Assembly: GCA_963703225.1 (NCBI GenBank)
Contig: OY969801.1
Span: 1 to 64,000 of the forward strand
DNA from: Candidatus Eiseniibacteriota bacterium
Lineage (GTDB): Bacteria; Eisenbacteria; RBG-16-71-46; SZUA-252
Direction of reading: 5' to 3'
DNA length: 64,000 nt
Each line of letters begins with the position of its first letter. Position 1 is the stretch's first letter. Below are positions 9,459 to 20,045 of the stretch, one piece after another. The position numbers were made by a program, and so were the translations under genes. The notes beneath the pieces are model-generated. The model searched no databases and had not been told where the DNA came from. It saw only the letters and a list, made by a program, of their open reading frames with translations.

Positions 9459-10862
9459 CTACTCCTCCTCCATCACAGCCTCGATACGTCCCGAGCGCAC
9501 GGCCTTCTTGAAGACCGCGTGGTCGCGTTCGGTCTGATTGGCATAGGCGTCGGAGAAGTCCGCGATCGCTTGGTCGAAGACATCGCTCTTGCCGAGGTAT
9601 CCGCTGATCTGCGCCGCTCCGCCGGACCGGGCGTGCGCCCGGGCGAGCGCCCAGCCGCAGAACCCGGCGAACTCGATCGTCCAGCCCGGTGTGAACACCT
9701 CGACCATAGGTGAAACCTTCATGTCCTTGAGCTGGCGGATGTAGAAATGACGGCCCCCTTTGCCCTCGGTCCAGCCAAGGAAGACATCACTCGCCGGCTG
9801 CATGAGCCGATATCCGTTCACGACGCGCTGGCCATGATTCGGATAGACACTCTTCCCGGCGTAGGCTTCCAGGACCGAGCGGCGCGCTTCCTTGACCTGG
9901 AGAAATAGCGGGTCCGCTTCGCTGGCCATCAAGAGGATGATCGCGCAGAGAGTGCCGACGCTACCGACACCGACCACCTTCATCGCGATATCCTTAGGCT
10001 CAAAACGGTCTAGGAGAACGCGCCGATCTTCCTGCAGCGTTTCTCGGTAGGCGGCGTAGGCGTCCCGAACGCGTTCGCGCAGGTCTTCCTGTGTTTCCCC
10101 ACTGGGGTGGTAGATGAGGGGCGGGTCGTCGTTGATGGTCGGTGACTTGCCGGAGGCCGCCGCGAGCTTGGGGAAATCGTGCTCCAGCACGCTGCGCTCG
10201 CGGGCGGCGGACAATCGCTTCTTGGCGCGGCGCTTGGCCTCGACATCCTTGACCGTCGCGAGCATTTCTTCCGTGTCGATGCTCGAGTACCACACCTCCA
10301 GCACCCTCATCTCGCTGTATTCCGCCATGCGTTCCCGATAGGACTGCACGCACGACAGCGCCGCATCCCGAGCCTCGGCGTTGCTGAACCCGTTGTTACG
10401 GCTTGCGAGGACGAAGCTCGCCGCCAGGCGCTTGACATCCCATTCCCAGGGCGCGGGGAGCGTTTCGTCGAGATCGTTGATGTCGAAGATGAGCCGTCGT
10501 TCGGGCGTGGCAAAGCCGCCGAAGTTGAGCATGTGGCAATCGCCGCAGGCCTGGACATAGATCCCGGTGGACGGCGTGCGCGCCAGGTCGGCCGCCATGT
10601 TGAGCGCGGCTCCCCGGTAGAACGTGAACGGCGTCCGCACCATGCGGCCGTGGCGGATGGGGATCAATTGGGCGATTCGCCCCTTGTTCGACTTCTCCAG
10701 CAGCTTGAGCGGGTTGGGGCGGCCGGCCGGAGCCTTCCAGGCCGCGTGGGCTTGGCGCGGGCACTTCTCCCGCAGCTTCTTGCCCATGGCGCGGAGCTCG
10801 GCCAGGGAAGGACGCGGTGGCGCGGCCGCGGGCTTTCTGGCGCGGGTGCGTTTGGCCTTCAT
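9459..10862 (-). CDS. DUF2252 family protein (kinase-like)
   Basis: PFTFYRGAA, CGDCHMLNFG, FDINDLDE, PWEWDVKRLAAS, KVVGVGSVG, LQVKEA, LARAHARSG. Confidence 0.93.
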   Translation of the reverse strand: MKAKRTRARKPAAAPPRPSLAELRAMGKKLREKCPRQAHAAWKAPAGRPNPLKLLEKSNKGRIAQLIPIRHGRMVRTPFTFYRGAALNMAADLARTPSTGIYVQACGDCHMLNFGGFATPERRLIFDINDLDETLPAPWEWDVKRLAASFVLASRNNGFSNAEARDAALSCVQSYRERMAEYSEMRVLEVWYSSIDTEEMLATVKDVEAKRRAKKRLSAARERSVLEHDFPKLAAASGKSPTINDDPPLIYHPSGETQEDLRERVRDAYAAYRETLQEDRRVLLDRFEPKDIAMKVVGVGSVGTLCAIILLMASEADPLFLQVKEARRSVLEAYAGKSVYPNHGQRVVNGYRLMQPASDVFLGWTEGKGGRHFYIRQLKDMKVSPMVEVFTPGWTIEFAGFCGWALARAHARSGGAAQISGYLGKSDVFDQAIADFSDAYANQTERDHAVFKKAVRSGRIEAVMEEE

Positions 10863-10904
10863 CGTTGTCTCCTCGCTCTCATGGCTCTCGTAGCATTGGG
10901 TCGC

Positions 10905-11633
10905 CTACTTCAGGAACCGCACTCTTCCGGTCTCGAGATCGTAGACGCAGCCGGCAATCTGGATCTTGCCCTCACGCTCCATGTCGCGCAGGATCGGACT
11001 CATCTCGCGAATGCGCTTCAACGTCTCTCGCACGTTCGCCTCGACGACGGCGTCGACGAACTGATGGTTCTTCGAATTGCGCTCGCCGGGCACGTTCTGA
11101 ACGGACGCGATGGCGGGCTCGATCTTCTGCAGCAGGCCCGTGAGATTGCCCATCTTGAGGCCGTCGCACGCTCCCTTGACCGCGCCGCAGCTTGTGTGCC
11201 CCATGACGAGCACGAGCTTGGAGCCCGCCTCCTCGCACGCGTATTCCATGCTTCCCACCAAGTCGGAGTCAACGATGTTGCCGGCGACGCGGTCGCTGAA
11301 CAGCACCCCCAGGCCGGCATCGAAAATGATCTCCGGCGGTACGCGCGAATCAATGCAGGTCAGGATGATGGCGTGCGGATATTGTCCGGCCGCGGTGATC
11401 TGCCGGTCGTGGACCATGTCGTGCGGTTCGGGCTTTCCCGAGGCGAAGCGCTCGTTTCCACGCCGCAGCGACTCCAGCTCTTGGGCCGGCGTCAGGGCCG
11501 CCTGTTCGGCCTTCATCGCAGCAAGATCGTGGCGTTGCGGCGTGGGGGAGGTGCTCGAATGCGCGCCTACCGCAAATACCAGCGGCAGCCCGACGAGAGT
11601 GGCGAGGATGGCAAGCTTGCGAGCGATGGTCAT
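10905..11633 (-). CDS. Beta-class carbonic anhydrase with signal peptide
   Basis: Zn ligands CIDSR and GHTSCGAV; LRRGNERF; RVAGN; hydrophobic N-terminus. Confidence 0.93.
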   Translation of the reverse strand: MTIARKLAILATLVGLPLVFAVGAHSSTSPTPQRHDLAAMKAEQAALTPAQELESLRRGNERFASGKPEPHDMVHDRQITAAGQYPHAIILTCIDSRVPPEIIFDAGLGVLFSDRVAGNIVDSDLVGSMEYACEEAGSKLVLVMGHTSCGAVKGACDGLKMGNLTGLLQKIEPAIASVQNVPGERNSKNHQFVDAVVEANVRETLKRIREMSPILRDMEREGKIQIAGCVYDLETGRVRFLK

Positions 11634-11712
11634 CGTCAATTCCCTTTCTCTTGAAGGCCTTCACGGCTGCGGCACCTGGAGGACCGAGGCAAGATCCTAC
11701 GCGTCCCCCTCT

Positions 11713-13356
11713 CTAAGACCTGTCGATGTGCTCCCTCCACCACGCCTCCGCATGCTCCGCGCTCCATTGGTCCTCGAACGGGATCGCGCGCAATAGTCGC
11801 GCGACCTCGCGCGCGCTCGACGGCCGCCTATCCGGCGTCTTCTCCAGGCAGCTCAAGATCAAGGCGTCTAATTCCCGGGGCAAATCATCGCGCGAATGGC
11901 GCGACGGTGGCTCGGGCTCCTCGCGGAGGTGCTTCGAGATGACCTCTAGAAACCCGGACCCCTCGAAGACCTGCCGCCCGGTCAGCAACCAGTACGCGAC
12001 GCAGCCGAGGCCGTAGAGATCCGTACGGCCGTCGATCTCCTGCCCCTGCGCGATCTCGGGCGCCATGAATGCCGGCGTGCCGATGGCATGGTCCGCCGGT
12101 GTCAGCATCACGTCGGCCTTCGCCTCCCGGCGGTGGGCGACAAGCCCAAAGTCCAGGACCTTCACGAAGTCGCACCGGATTCCGGAGCGGCACACGTAGA
12201 TGTTCGCGGGCTTCACGTCCCGGTGGATGAGTCCCTTCTCGTGGGCCTCCTCGAGCGATTCGCACACCTGAGTCAGGAGGTAAACCACGCGCGCGGGGGG
12301 CAGCGGCCCAAACTGGCGGACCAGTCGATCGCAGTCGAGTCCTTGGAGCAGCTCCATGACGTAGTGGAAGGTGCCGTCATCCGAGACGCCAAAGTCGTAA
12401 AGCTCGACGGTGTGCGCGGAGGTCAAGGACGCGGTCGCGCGCGCCTCCAGCTCGAATCGCCGGATCATCGTGCTTGATGCCTCGGCGCTCACCCCCAGCG
12501 ATTCCGGCCGGATGAACTTGATGGCAGCCTCCCGCGCGAGGAGCTGGTGCGAGGCCCTCCACACCTCTCCCATGCCGCCCTGTCCTAGGCGCTCGATCAG
12601 CCGGTAGCTTCCCATTTCGCGGGCGCGGGAGACGTCCGCGCCCAGCGTGACCATGATGCGGGCGCTGGCGTACGCGAGGATGACGACGATGAGGTAGGGA
12701 AAGATGTGGGCGAAGAAGAACGTTTCCGGCGTGAACACGTGGACCAGCCCCGCGCGCTGGAGTGAGGTCCCCAAGACCACGGGTGCGGCGGAGGCCGAGG
12801 CGAGCAGTGCGAGGAGCGCCCTCCCGGGCGGGGCGGGAACGACGATCGAATAGACCAGCATCCAGATCGCGATCCATGACGGCGAGAGAGCGAAGAATAC
12901 GATCGGCGTGCTCGCGTACTGTCCCGCGCCGGTGTACATCGTGAGGGCGATGCCGTAGCTCCCCGCGACTTCGAATACGAGTCCGAGGTGCATCTTGGCT
13001 TGCCACGGCACGCGAGGGCTGGACGCGATCCCCGCGACCACGAGGCCGATCAGGATCGACGCCACGTCGGGAACCCACTCGCCCGGGGTGCGAAAATCCC
13101 GAGCGATCTGTCCCGTCAGGATGGAGGGCGCGAAAGCCGACAGGAAATACGCCAGCGTGTAGAGGAGCGCGGTATTGCGCAGCCGCCGGGGGAGCTGTTC
13201 TTGGAGGTGCGGTGGCAGGGTCCGGCTGGCACTGGGCTGCGCGGCCCGCCCGCCAGGGAGGAAAAGCGACTCCCCCCGGTGCCGCTCGCGCTTCCCCGCG
13301 CCGGGAGCGGCGATGACCTGGTCAGGAGCGAGGGGGCTACCGGGGCTCGACCGCAT
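11713..13356 (-). CDS. Multi-TM membrane Ser/Thr protein kinase
   Basis: About 5-6 hydrophobic segments, then LGQGGMGEVW, HRDVKPAN, DFGLV, GTPAFMAPE. Start codon uncertain. Confidence 0.9.
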   Translation of the reverse strand: MRSSPGSPLAPDQVIAAPGAGKRERHRGESLFLPGGRAAQPSASRTLPPHLQEQLPRRLRNTALLYTLAYFLSAFAPSILTGQIARDFRTPGEWVPDVASILIGLVVAGIASSPRVPWQAKMHLGLVFEVAGSYGIALTMYTGAGQYASTPIVFFALSPSWIAIWMLVYSIVVPAPPGRALLALLASASAAPVVLGTSLQRAGLVHVFTPETFFFAHIFPYLIVVILAYASARIMVTLGADVSRAREMGSYRLIERLGQGGMGEVWRASHQLLAREAAIKFIRPESLGVSAEASSTMIRRFELEARATASLTSAHTVELYDFGVSDDGTFHYVMELLQGLDCDRLVRQFGPLPPARVVYLLTQVCESLEEAHEKGLIHRDVKPANIYVCRSGIRCDFVKVLDFGLVAHRREAKADVMLTPADHAIGTPAFMAPEIAQGQEIDGRTDLYGLGCVAYWLLTGRQVFEGSGFLEVISKHLREEPEPPSRHSRDDLPRELDALILSCLEKTPDRRPSSAREVARLLRAIPFEDQWSAEHAEAWWREHIDRS

Positions 13357-13432
13357 CAGGGGCAATTTACTCCATGCGCGGGGGGCCTGCGGGCCCCGCC
13401 GCGCTAAATTCAGCACAAACGCTTCGGAGCCC

Positions 13433-13960
13433 CTACTTCTTCCCCGCCTCCATCTCCTTGCGCATCGCCTCCATCTCCTCCCGATTCGGCCCGTAGAGCC
13501 CCGGTGGAACGCCACCCGCCAACCGGCACATCAGCACCAGCTGTGCGCGATGGTGGATCAAATGATGAAGCAGCGCTATCCAGAGCACGTCTCGGATCGT
13601 CATCTGCGTGCCGTCGAAGAACATCACCTTCTCGGCGAGCGCTTCAGGCTTCAGCCCGCGCAGGCGTTCGATCGCGAGTTCGTGGACTCGCCGATATCCG
13701 GGCGCGAGAAGCTTCACCTCGCGCGGTCGCTTCAGCTCGGGGAGCGTGTCCTCGAGGCTGAACCGACGCTCGGCGACCCCGAAACTGAGACAGCCGTCGA
13801 TCTCGCAAAGATGCCATGCCATCTCGCCGAGCGAGCGGCCCTTCGGATCGGGGCGAAAGTCGTACTTATCGGGTGGCAAGGCTTCAAGTAGAGAGATCGT
13901 GCGTTGGGCTTCCTGTTCCCACGCAGCGAGAAACGTGGCGACTTCGTTCGTGGTGGCCAT
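13433..13960 (-). CDS. DinB family protein
   Basis: DFRPDPKGRSLGEMAWHL and HHLIHHRAQL..PPGLYGP. Confidence 0.9.
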   Translation of the reverse strand: MATTNEVATFLAAWEQEAQRTISLLEALPPDKYDFRPDPKGRSLGEMAWHLCEIDGCLSFGVAERRFSLEDTLPELKRPREVKLLAPGYRRVHELAIERLRGLKPEALAEKVMFFDGTQMTIRDVLWIALLHHLIHHRAQLVLMCRLAGGVPPGLYGPNREEMEAMRKEMEAGKK

Positions 13961-13970
13961 GGCGAACCTC

Positions 13971-14519
13971 CTACTTCATGGCGGGCTGCTTCATCATCCC
14001 CATTTGCATCATCATGGCGGTGTCGTTCATCAAACCCCAGTGCTCGACCATCTTGCCGTTCTCGATGCGGACCAGATCGAAGCCCTCAACCTTGACCGAC
14101 TTGCCGGTCGGCTTCATGCCCATGAAGCTGCCCGTGTTCGTGCCGGTCATGGTGCTGTAGATCACGACTTCATTTCCCTCGCCGACCATCTTCTCGACCG
14201 TGAACTTGAGGTCGGGAAACGCGGTGTGCCAATCGGTGATGAACTTCTTGATCGCCGGAATCGTCTCGGAGGGATATCCGGGAGGCATCGGCATGTGATC
14301 CACCGCATCGGCGGCCGCGAGCGAGTCCACCACAGTCAGGTCGCCCTGATTGAGCGCCACGTCGTAGAACCGCTGACAGGCGGCCTTGTTCGCTTCAACC
14401 GTGGCCGCCGCCGCCGCCGCGTTCTTCTCGGCCGTGCTCATTGTCTTGGCCTGGCAACCGCCCAGTAGTGCAACTGCCGCGAGCAACATGAGATAACGAT
14501 GAAGCGGGTGACGGTTCAT
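13971..14519 (-). CDS. SnoaL-like ester cyclase lipoprotein
   Basis: Lipobox LLGGC; AFPDLKFTVE, GTNTGSFMGMKPTGKSV, ENGKMVEHW. Confidence 0.88.
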   Translation of the reverse strand: MNRHPLHRYLMLLAAVALLGGCQAKTMSTAEKNAAAAAATVEANKAACQRFYDVALNQGDLTVVDSLAAADAVDHMPMPPGYPSETIPAIKKFITDWHTAFPDLKFTVEKMVGEGNEVVIYSTMTGTNTGSFMGMKPTGKSVKVEGFDLVRIENGKMVEHWGLMNDTAMMMQMGMMKQPAMK

Positions 14520-14595
14520 GACACAACCTCCATGTTGGGGTCCAGATGTCCTGGGTGGGTATCTTAACCTATTGAATGGTAGAATCCCCGCTTCC

Positions 14596-17469
14596 ATGTC
14601 CCCACAGGCACTCCAGCCCGAAGACGAGATCTCCCACTACCGCATCGTTGGCCCGCTCGGGTCCGGCGGGATGGGCGAGGTCTACCTGGCCCAGGATCAG
14701 ACGCTCGAGCGGAGCGTCGCGCTCAAGATCCTCCCGCCCGAGCTGGTTCGGAACGAGGAGCGCGTCCGCCGTTTCCAGCGCGAGGCGAAGTCGGCCTCGT
14801 CGCTCAACCATCCAAACATCGTCACGATCTACGAGATCGGCCAGGACGCGGTACGAGGACACGGGGGTGATGGCCCCAAGGAGCCAGGCTCGTCGTCGGT
14901 CCATTTCATCTCGATGGAGTTGGTGAGCGGCTCGACGCTCTCGACCAAGATCCACCAGGAAAAGACCGATCTCCGCACACTCCTCGGCTATTTGGCGCAG
15001 GCGGCCGAGGGACTCGCCAAGGCGCACGCGGCGGGGATCGTCCACCGGGATCTCAAGCCCGGGAACATCATGGTTTCGAAGGACGGCTTCGCGAAAGTCC
15101 TCGACTTCGGGCTCGCCAAGCTCACCGAGAAGCAATCGGCCGACGCCGACGTCACGAGCGGGCCCTCGGCAGTCGGAGACGCCACCGGCGAGGGCACCAT
15201 CGTCGGTACGGTCGCCTACATGTCCCCCGAGCAGGTGCGGGGGAGCGCGGTCGACCAACGCTCCGACATCTTTTCGTTCGGCTCCATCCTCTACGAGGCG
15301 ACGACACGGAAGAAGCCGTTCGTCGCGGAGTCCAACGTCGAGACGATGCACAAGATCCTCCACGACAAGCCGACGCCGGTGGAGGAGCTGAACAAGGAAG
15401 CCCCGGCCGAGTTGCGGAGGCTCATCCGCCGATGCCTGGCCAAGAACCCAGAGCAGCGGCTTCAGTCGGCTAAGGATCTGGCGATCGAGCTGCGTGAGAT
15501 CGTGGATGAGTACGATGAGCTGTCGGCGTCGGGGAGCTCGGGGAGCGGGTCGTCCGCGATGGGGGCGGCGCCGATTCGAAAGAAGAGGTCGCCCGTGGCG
15601 ATCGCGGCGAGGGTGCTCGTCCTCGCGGTGGCGGTCGTCGGAAGCGCCGTGCTTTTCATCCGCAGCTCGAAGCACGCGGAGCGGCTGTCCACCGCGCTCC
15701 CTCCGCTCAAGATCAGCAGCATCACGAACCGCGGTACCGCGGCGGCGTCCGCCCTGTCTCCTGACGGACGGTATCTAGCCTACGTTCTCGAGATGGATGG
15801 CCAGGGCGGCGTGTGGATGCGACAGGTCGCCACAGGGAGCGACGTGCAGATCCTCCCCCCGCAGAAGCCCACGCCAACCGGCTTGGTGTTCACGCCCGAC
15901 GGGAATTACCTCTACTACTTGAGCAGTGACCCGGATCGCGAGGGGTACACGGCGCTCTTCGAGATTCCGACGCTCGGTGGAACCCCACGCAAGCGGACCT
16001 ACGACATCGACTCAAGGCCCACGTTCTCGCCGGACGGCAAGCGGATTTGCTTTTTCCGGGGCGTGCCTCAGAAAAACGAGGAGAGGCTGATCATCTTCGG
16101 CCTGGACCAAGGCAAGGAGACGATACTGGCCACGGCCAGAGCGCCACTCTCCCTCCGTCAACCCGCTTGGTCCCCCGACGGCAAGAAGATCGCGGCGATT
16201 GAAACGAACGGCGGTGAGGCTCTGGCAAGCTACATCGTCACGTACGGAGTCGAGGGCGGCCGACGTGAGCGGGTCGGCAAGGAGGCATGGCCCTTTGCCG
16301 GTGATCTCGTGTGGTTTGGCGACGGCAGCGGGCTTCTGATCTCGGTGTTCGATCGCTCCACGCTCGCCCTGGGGCAGCTCGTTGAGGTCACGTATCCCGA
16401 CGGTCGTGCCCGCCGGATCACGAGCGATCAGAACTTTTACGAGAGCCAGACCATGTCGACGGACGGCGCCGCCATTGCGGCGGTCCGAACCCGACAGGAA
16501 GCAAACCTCTGGCTTGCGGCGCCGTCCGGTGCTAGGAGCGTCCGCCAGATTACATTCGGATCCGGCGACGAGGGTGCGATACAAGGCTTCGACGTCACTC
16601 AGGACAGCACGATTGTGTTCGCCATGATCAAAGATGGGACCGCGCAAATCTGGGCGGTCGGGCCCGATGGTTCGAATCAGAAGGCAGTCACATCGGGACC
16701 GAACTCGGCGTTCGGACCTGCGTTTCGACCCGGCGCCGGCATGTTCTACTCGCGGGTAGGCGACGACTTTACGGTTCACATCTGGCGCTCGGACGTGACC
16801 GGGGAGAACGCGCGGCAGGTGACGTCGGGCAAAGGCGAGCAGATCCGAGACGTCTCGTCCGACGGTCGAACGGTCATCTTCCAGCGCAACGACACGCCGG
16901 GCGTGTTGTGGAGCGTTTCTTCGGACGGAGGCGAGCCCGTCCGCCTTGCGCCGAGCTCCCAGCTTTCCGGGGTTTTCTCCCCTGACGGCTCCCGAATCCT
17001 TCACAGCTTCATCCACGAGGTGAACGGCCAGGGAGAGTTCACGCCACAAATCATCCCCGCGAAGGGCGGAGGGCCGGTCGTAATGCCCGCGCTCCCTCCT
17101 CGCGTCACCAGCATCGCCTGGACCCCCGACGGAAAGGGACTGACGTACCTCCATGCATCAAATGGGGAGAGGAACGTCCTCCGGCTGGACCTGGATGGGG
17201 GGAAGCCGCGGGAGATCACGCGGTTCACGGATGGCCGGATCACGCTGCACCGCTGGTCCCCCGATGGGAAGCGCCTCCTGCTTCGACGCCGCGGCGAGAA
17301 CGCGGACAACCTCTGGGTTGTGAACGCCGACGGGTCGAATCCGGTCGCGATCACCGACTTCGAGGCCGGCGACATCACGAACATGAGATGGACGCGCGAC
17401 GGGAGCCGCGTGATCTTCACGTATGGGGAGTCCAGTCAGAACGTTGTGCTGATTCGGAATTTCAAGTAG
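14596..17469 (+). CDS. Ser/Thr protein kinase with TM helix and TolB/PD40-like beta-propeller
   Basis: LGSGGMGEVY, HRDLKPGN, DFGLAK, YMSPEQ; one TM; many SPDG/TPDG repeats. Confidence 0.93.
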   Translation: MSPQALQPEDEISHYRIVGPLGSGGMGEVYLAQDQTLERSVALKILPPELVRNEERVRRFQREAKSASSLNHPNIVTIYEIGQDAVRGHGGDGPKEPGSSSVHFISMELVSGSTLSTKIHQEKTDLRTLLGYLAQAAEGLAKAHAAGIVHRDLKPGNIMVSKDGFAKVLDFGLAKLTEKQSADADVTSGPSAVGDATGEGTIVGTVAYMSPEQVRGSAVDQRSDIFSFGSILYEATTRKKPFVAESNVETMHKILHDKPTPVEELNKEAPAELRRLIRRCLAKNPEQRLQSAKDLAIELREIVDEYDELSASGSSGSGSSAMGAAPIRKKRSPVAIAARVLVLAVAVVGSAVLFIRSSKHAERLSTALPPLKISSITNRGTAAASALSPDGRYLAYVLEMDGQGGVWMRQVATGSDVQILPPQKPTPTGLVFTPDGNYLYYLSSDPDREGYTALFEIPTLGGTPRKRTYDIDSRPTFSPDGKRICFFRGVPQKNEERLIIFGLDQGKETILATARAPLSLRQPAWSPDGKKIAAIETNGGEALASYIVTYGVEGGRRERVGKEAWPFAGDLVWFGDGSGLLISVFDRSTLALGQLVEVTYPDGRARRITSDQNFYESQTMSTDGAAIAAVRTRQEANLWLAAPSGARSVRQITFGSGDEGAIQGFDVTQDSTIVFAMIKDGTAQIWAVGPDGSNQKAVTSGPNSAFGPAFRPGAGMFYSRVGDDFTVHIWRSDVTGENARQVTSGKGEQIRDVSSDGRTVIFQRNDTPGVLWSVSSDGGEPVRLAPSSQLSGVFSPDGSRILHSFIHEVNGQGEFTPQIIPAKGGGPVVMPALPPRVTSIAWTPDGKGLTYLHASNGERNVLRLDLDGGKPREITRFTDGRITLHRWSPDGKRLLLRRRGENADNLWVVNADGSNPVAITDFEAGDITNMRWTRDGSRVIFTYGESSQNVVLIRNFK

Positions 17470-17494
17470 CTCGCGTCACACGCCGTCCGCTGCG

Positions 17495-18055
17495 CTAACG
17501 CCGCCACGGGAGGGTGCGCAAAGCGAAGGCCGCGCGCCCCGTGATGACGTGATACACGAAGGACCCCAGGCAGAAGCGGCCGAAGACCAGCGCCGCGACG
17601 GCCGCCAGCAACAGCCCCTCCAATATCCACGCGGCGACCAGGCGATGAGTGGCCAGGCACAGCGCGATCGCTGTTGCAAACGTGGCCGCCATTCCCTGGG
17701 CGAAGCGCCGGGGCGGAGGCGCAGGTTCGAGGACCGGTGCGCCAGCGCGCCGCCCGAGCGTGAGTTTGTAGAGGGCGTCAAAGGGATTCCACCGCGGCAG
17801 GAGGGCGTTCCACCAGAGGACGGCAGCCAGCGCTCCAAACATCTCCGGCCGCTGCGTGATGGTCCCCACGAGGGCGACAAGCCCCACCACACGCGGCTGA
17901 AACCGCAGCGCGTTCGACAGCCCGGCGCATGCAGCCGCTGGGACGTCAGAAAATCCTTGCTGCTGGACGAAATTGTGGTCGGCGCCGGACTGGCCAGGTG
18001 ATCTCACCCTGAAATCCTCCCCGGGTATCTTTGGCGCGAAGACCCGCCGTTTCAA
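17495..18055 (-). CDS. DUF4395 family membrane protein
   Basis: PPRRFAQGMA and FGRFCLGS motifs; multiple TMs. Start uncertain. Confidence 0.75.
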   Translation of the reverse strand: MKRRVFAPKIPGEDFRVRSPGQSGADHNFVQQQGFSDVPAAACAGLSNALRFQPRVVGLVALVGTITQRPEMFGALAAVLWWNALLPRWNPFDALYKLTLGRRAGAPVLEPAPPPRRFAQGMAATFATAIALCLATHRLVAAWILEGLLLAAVAALVFGRFCLGSFVYHVITGRAAFALRTLPWRR

Positions 18056-18178
18056 TCACCGCAATGCCGTTACAGTCGGATACAATACTCCCTCGTTTGC
18101 GCCGCCAAAATCAGAGTCTGGAAACCGGTTACCCGGCCGGTAGTCGGCGGCATTCGGCCAACCAAGGGGGTCATTGAA

Positions 18179-19993
18179 GTGGGTAATACTGACATCTTGC
18201 GCCGCCTGACCATCTCTCGAATCGTCTCCATCGCCCTCGTCGCCGTGGGCCTCTCGGTCTCCGCGCTGCTGGCGCTGCCCGCGTCCGGAGACCTGCTTCA
18301 GGCCAACACGCTTCCCCTCCGGGATGAGGGGGAGGCCCGTTGGGTCTTCTTCGGCGACACGGTCCTCGGCCTCCGCGCCGATCAAAATCAAAAGGGAGAC
18401 CGGTATCTCGGGTACATCAATGCCTATTCGCTCCCCGAGGCGAAGTTCGCGTGGCGTTTCGTGGTGCCGCTCGGGGACAAGGACCTCGATATCTCTTCCC
18501 GGGGCATCCCGGACTTTGGGAACGACCGCTTGTACATCGGCACGGGGCAGTTGAGCCTTCTCGACGTATCGACCGGCACGTTCAAGTGGATCATCCCCTG
18601 CGAAACGCTCGGGTTCATTCAGCCCGGGGCCACCATTCTTCTCCCCGGCGACCGTCTCCTCACGTTGGGGGCGAAGGAGTGCGACCAGAAGTCGGCCTGG
18701 GACGCCATGGACAAGCCCAGCTTTTCCTTGGTGAATGCCGCCAACGGCCAGGTGATATGGCAGTACGAGACGAAGAGCCTTACCTACGACGCCGGGAAAG
18801 GCCACTGGACACGTGCCGCGAAGTACCAGGGACTGGAGGGACCAAAGAAGAAGCGGCGGCAGTTGGAGGCGTTCCCCCTCTCGCCCACGGAAGGGGGTTA
18901 CGAGGTCCGCGGTACCGCGCCCGACCGCGTGGCGATCGCGGGCGAACGCCTGGAGGGCGTCAACCTCGAGGACGGCCAGCCGCTGTGGAAGACGAAGGAC
19001 AAGCCAGGGATTTTGCGCGGCGCGTACGGCGACCTCGCCATCTTCCAGGATGGCGACGAGCTGACGGGGTTCAATATCGCGACGGGATCCAAGGCGTGGA
19101 AGTATGAGCTCAAGGCAAATAGCTCGGCCATCTACACGGTCGACGACCTCATCGCCCTGAACCACGGCATACCCGATGGCATGACCGACCTCATGATTTC
19201 CGATCAGAACGTCGTGACGCGCCTCGACACGATGACGGGAAGGGAGCTTTGGAAGGTGAAGCGGGGCGGGGTGAACTGGCAGGGATCGGTCCACGCGGTC
19301 CTGGCCAAGGGGGGCGACAAGACCACCGCCTACGACTGGAAAACGGGGGCAAAGCTCTGGGAGGTGAAGGCAGGCTCGAGGCCGTTCGCGTACGACTCCG
19401 GCGACTACATCGTATTCGTCGACGCCGACAAGAACGTCCGCACCGAGGCCGACGCTGCCGACAACGCCGGCATGAACTACCTCCCGCCCTACAGGTTTAC
19501 CGTCGTGAACGCGAAGACGGGCCAGGTCGCATGGACGAAGAAGGATATCGACGGGAAGGACATCGTGAGCCATTCGTTCGCGGTGCCGGGACAAATACGG
19601 CTCACTTCGGAAAAGGGGGTCGTGGCGAATTTGAATATCGCCGACGGGAAGCCGGGCTCCGCGCCGGAGGGGATTGAGAATCAGCGGTTCCTCGAGTACG
19701 ACAAGAAGGCGAAGACGCTCTTCTGCCGCGATTTTGTGGGGACCGTGGTCTGGACCCGGGAGGCCGAGATGTCGCGGAGCGCCGAGTACCAGATCAGGAA
19801 GGACTATGTCGTGTGGCCGCAGAGGGACGGCAGGGTGGAAATGATTGCGCTATCCGACGGCGCGTTCCGATGGAGGTCTCAATTCGACGAGGATCCGCAT
19901 CCTTACGTGAACGAGGGCGGGACCTACGTTGTCGTCCAACAGGGGAAGGAATTGACGATCGTTAAGGCCGCCTCAACCACAGCCAGCCCCTAG
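18179..19993 (+). CDS. Exported PQQ-like beta-propeller repeat protein
   Basis: Signal peptide; repeated TG...W blades (STGTFKW, ANGQVIW, EDGQPLW, MTGRELW, KTGAKLW). Confidence 0.82.
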   Translation: MGNTDILRRLTISRIVSIALVAVGLSVSALLALPASGDLLQANTLPLRDEGEARWVFFGDTVLGLRADQNQKGDRYLGYINAYSLPEAKFAWRFVVPLGDKDLDISSRGIPDFGNDRLYIGTGQLSLLDVSTGTFKWIIPCETLGFIQPGATILLPGDRLLTLGAKECDQKSAWDAMDKPSFSLVNAANGQVIWQYETKSLTYDAGKGHWTRAAKYQGLEGPKKKRRQLEAFPLSPTEGGYEVRGTAPDRVAIAGERLEGVNLEDGQPLWKTKDKPGILRGAYGDLAIFQDGDELTGFNIATGSKAWKYELKANSSAIYTVDDLIALNHGIPDGMTDLMISDQNVVTRLDTMTGRELWKVKRGGVNWQGSVHAVLAKGGDKTTAYDWKTGAKLWEVKAGSRPFAYDSGDYIVFVDADKNVRTEADAADNAGMNYLPPYRFTVVNAKTGQVAWTKKDIDGKDIVSHSFAVPGQIRLTSEKGVVANLNIADGKPGSAPEGIENQRFLEYDKKAKTLFCRDFVGTVVWTREAEMSRSAEYQIRKDYVVWPQRDGRVEMIALSDGAFRWRSQFDEDPHPYVNEGGTYVVVQQGKELTIVKAASTTASP

Positions 19994-20045
19994 CCCTCGC
20001 CTCGGACCGGCCAGACGACGGGTCGATCCTCCTGTGTGTTCCGGC

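Noticed and set aside
10179..11654. Long antisense/alternate-frame ORFs (this one and many others in the track)
   Set aside because: Shadow ORFs expected in high-GC DNA; they overlap well-supported genes and lack motifs.
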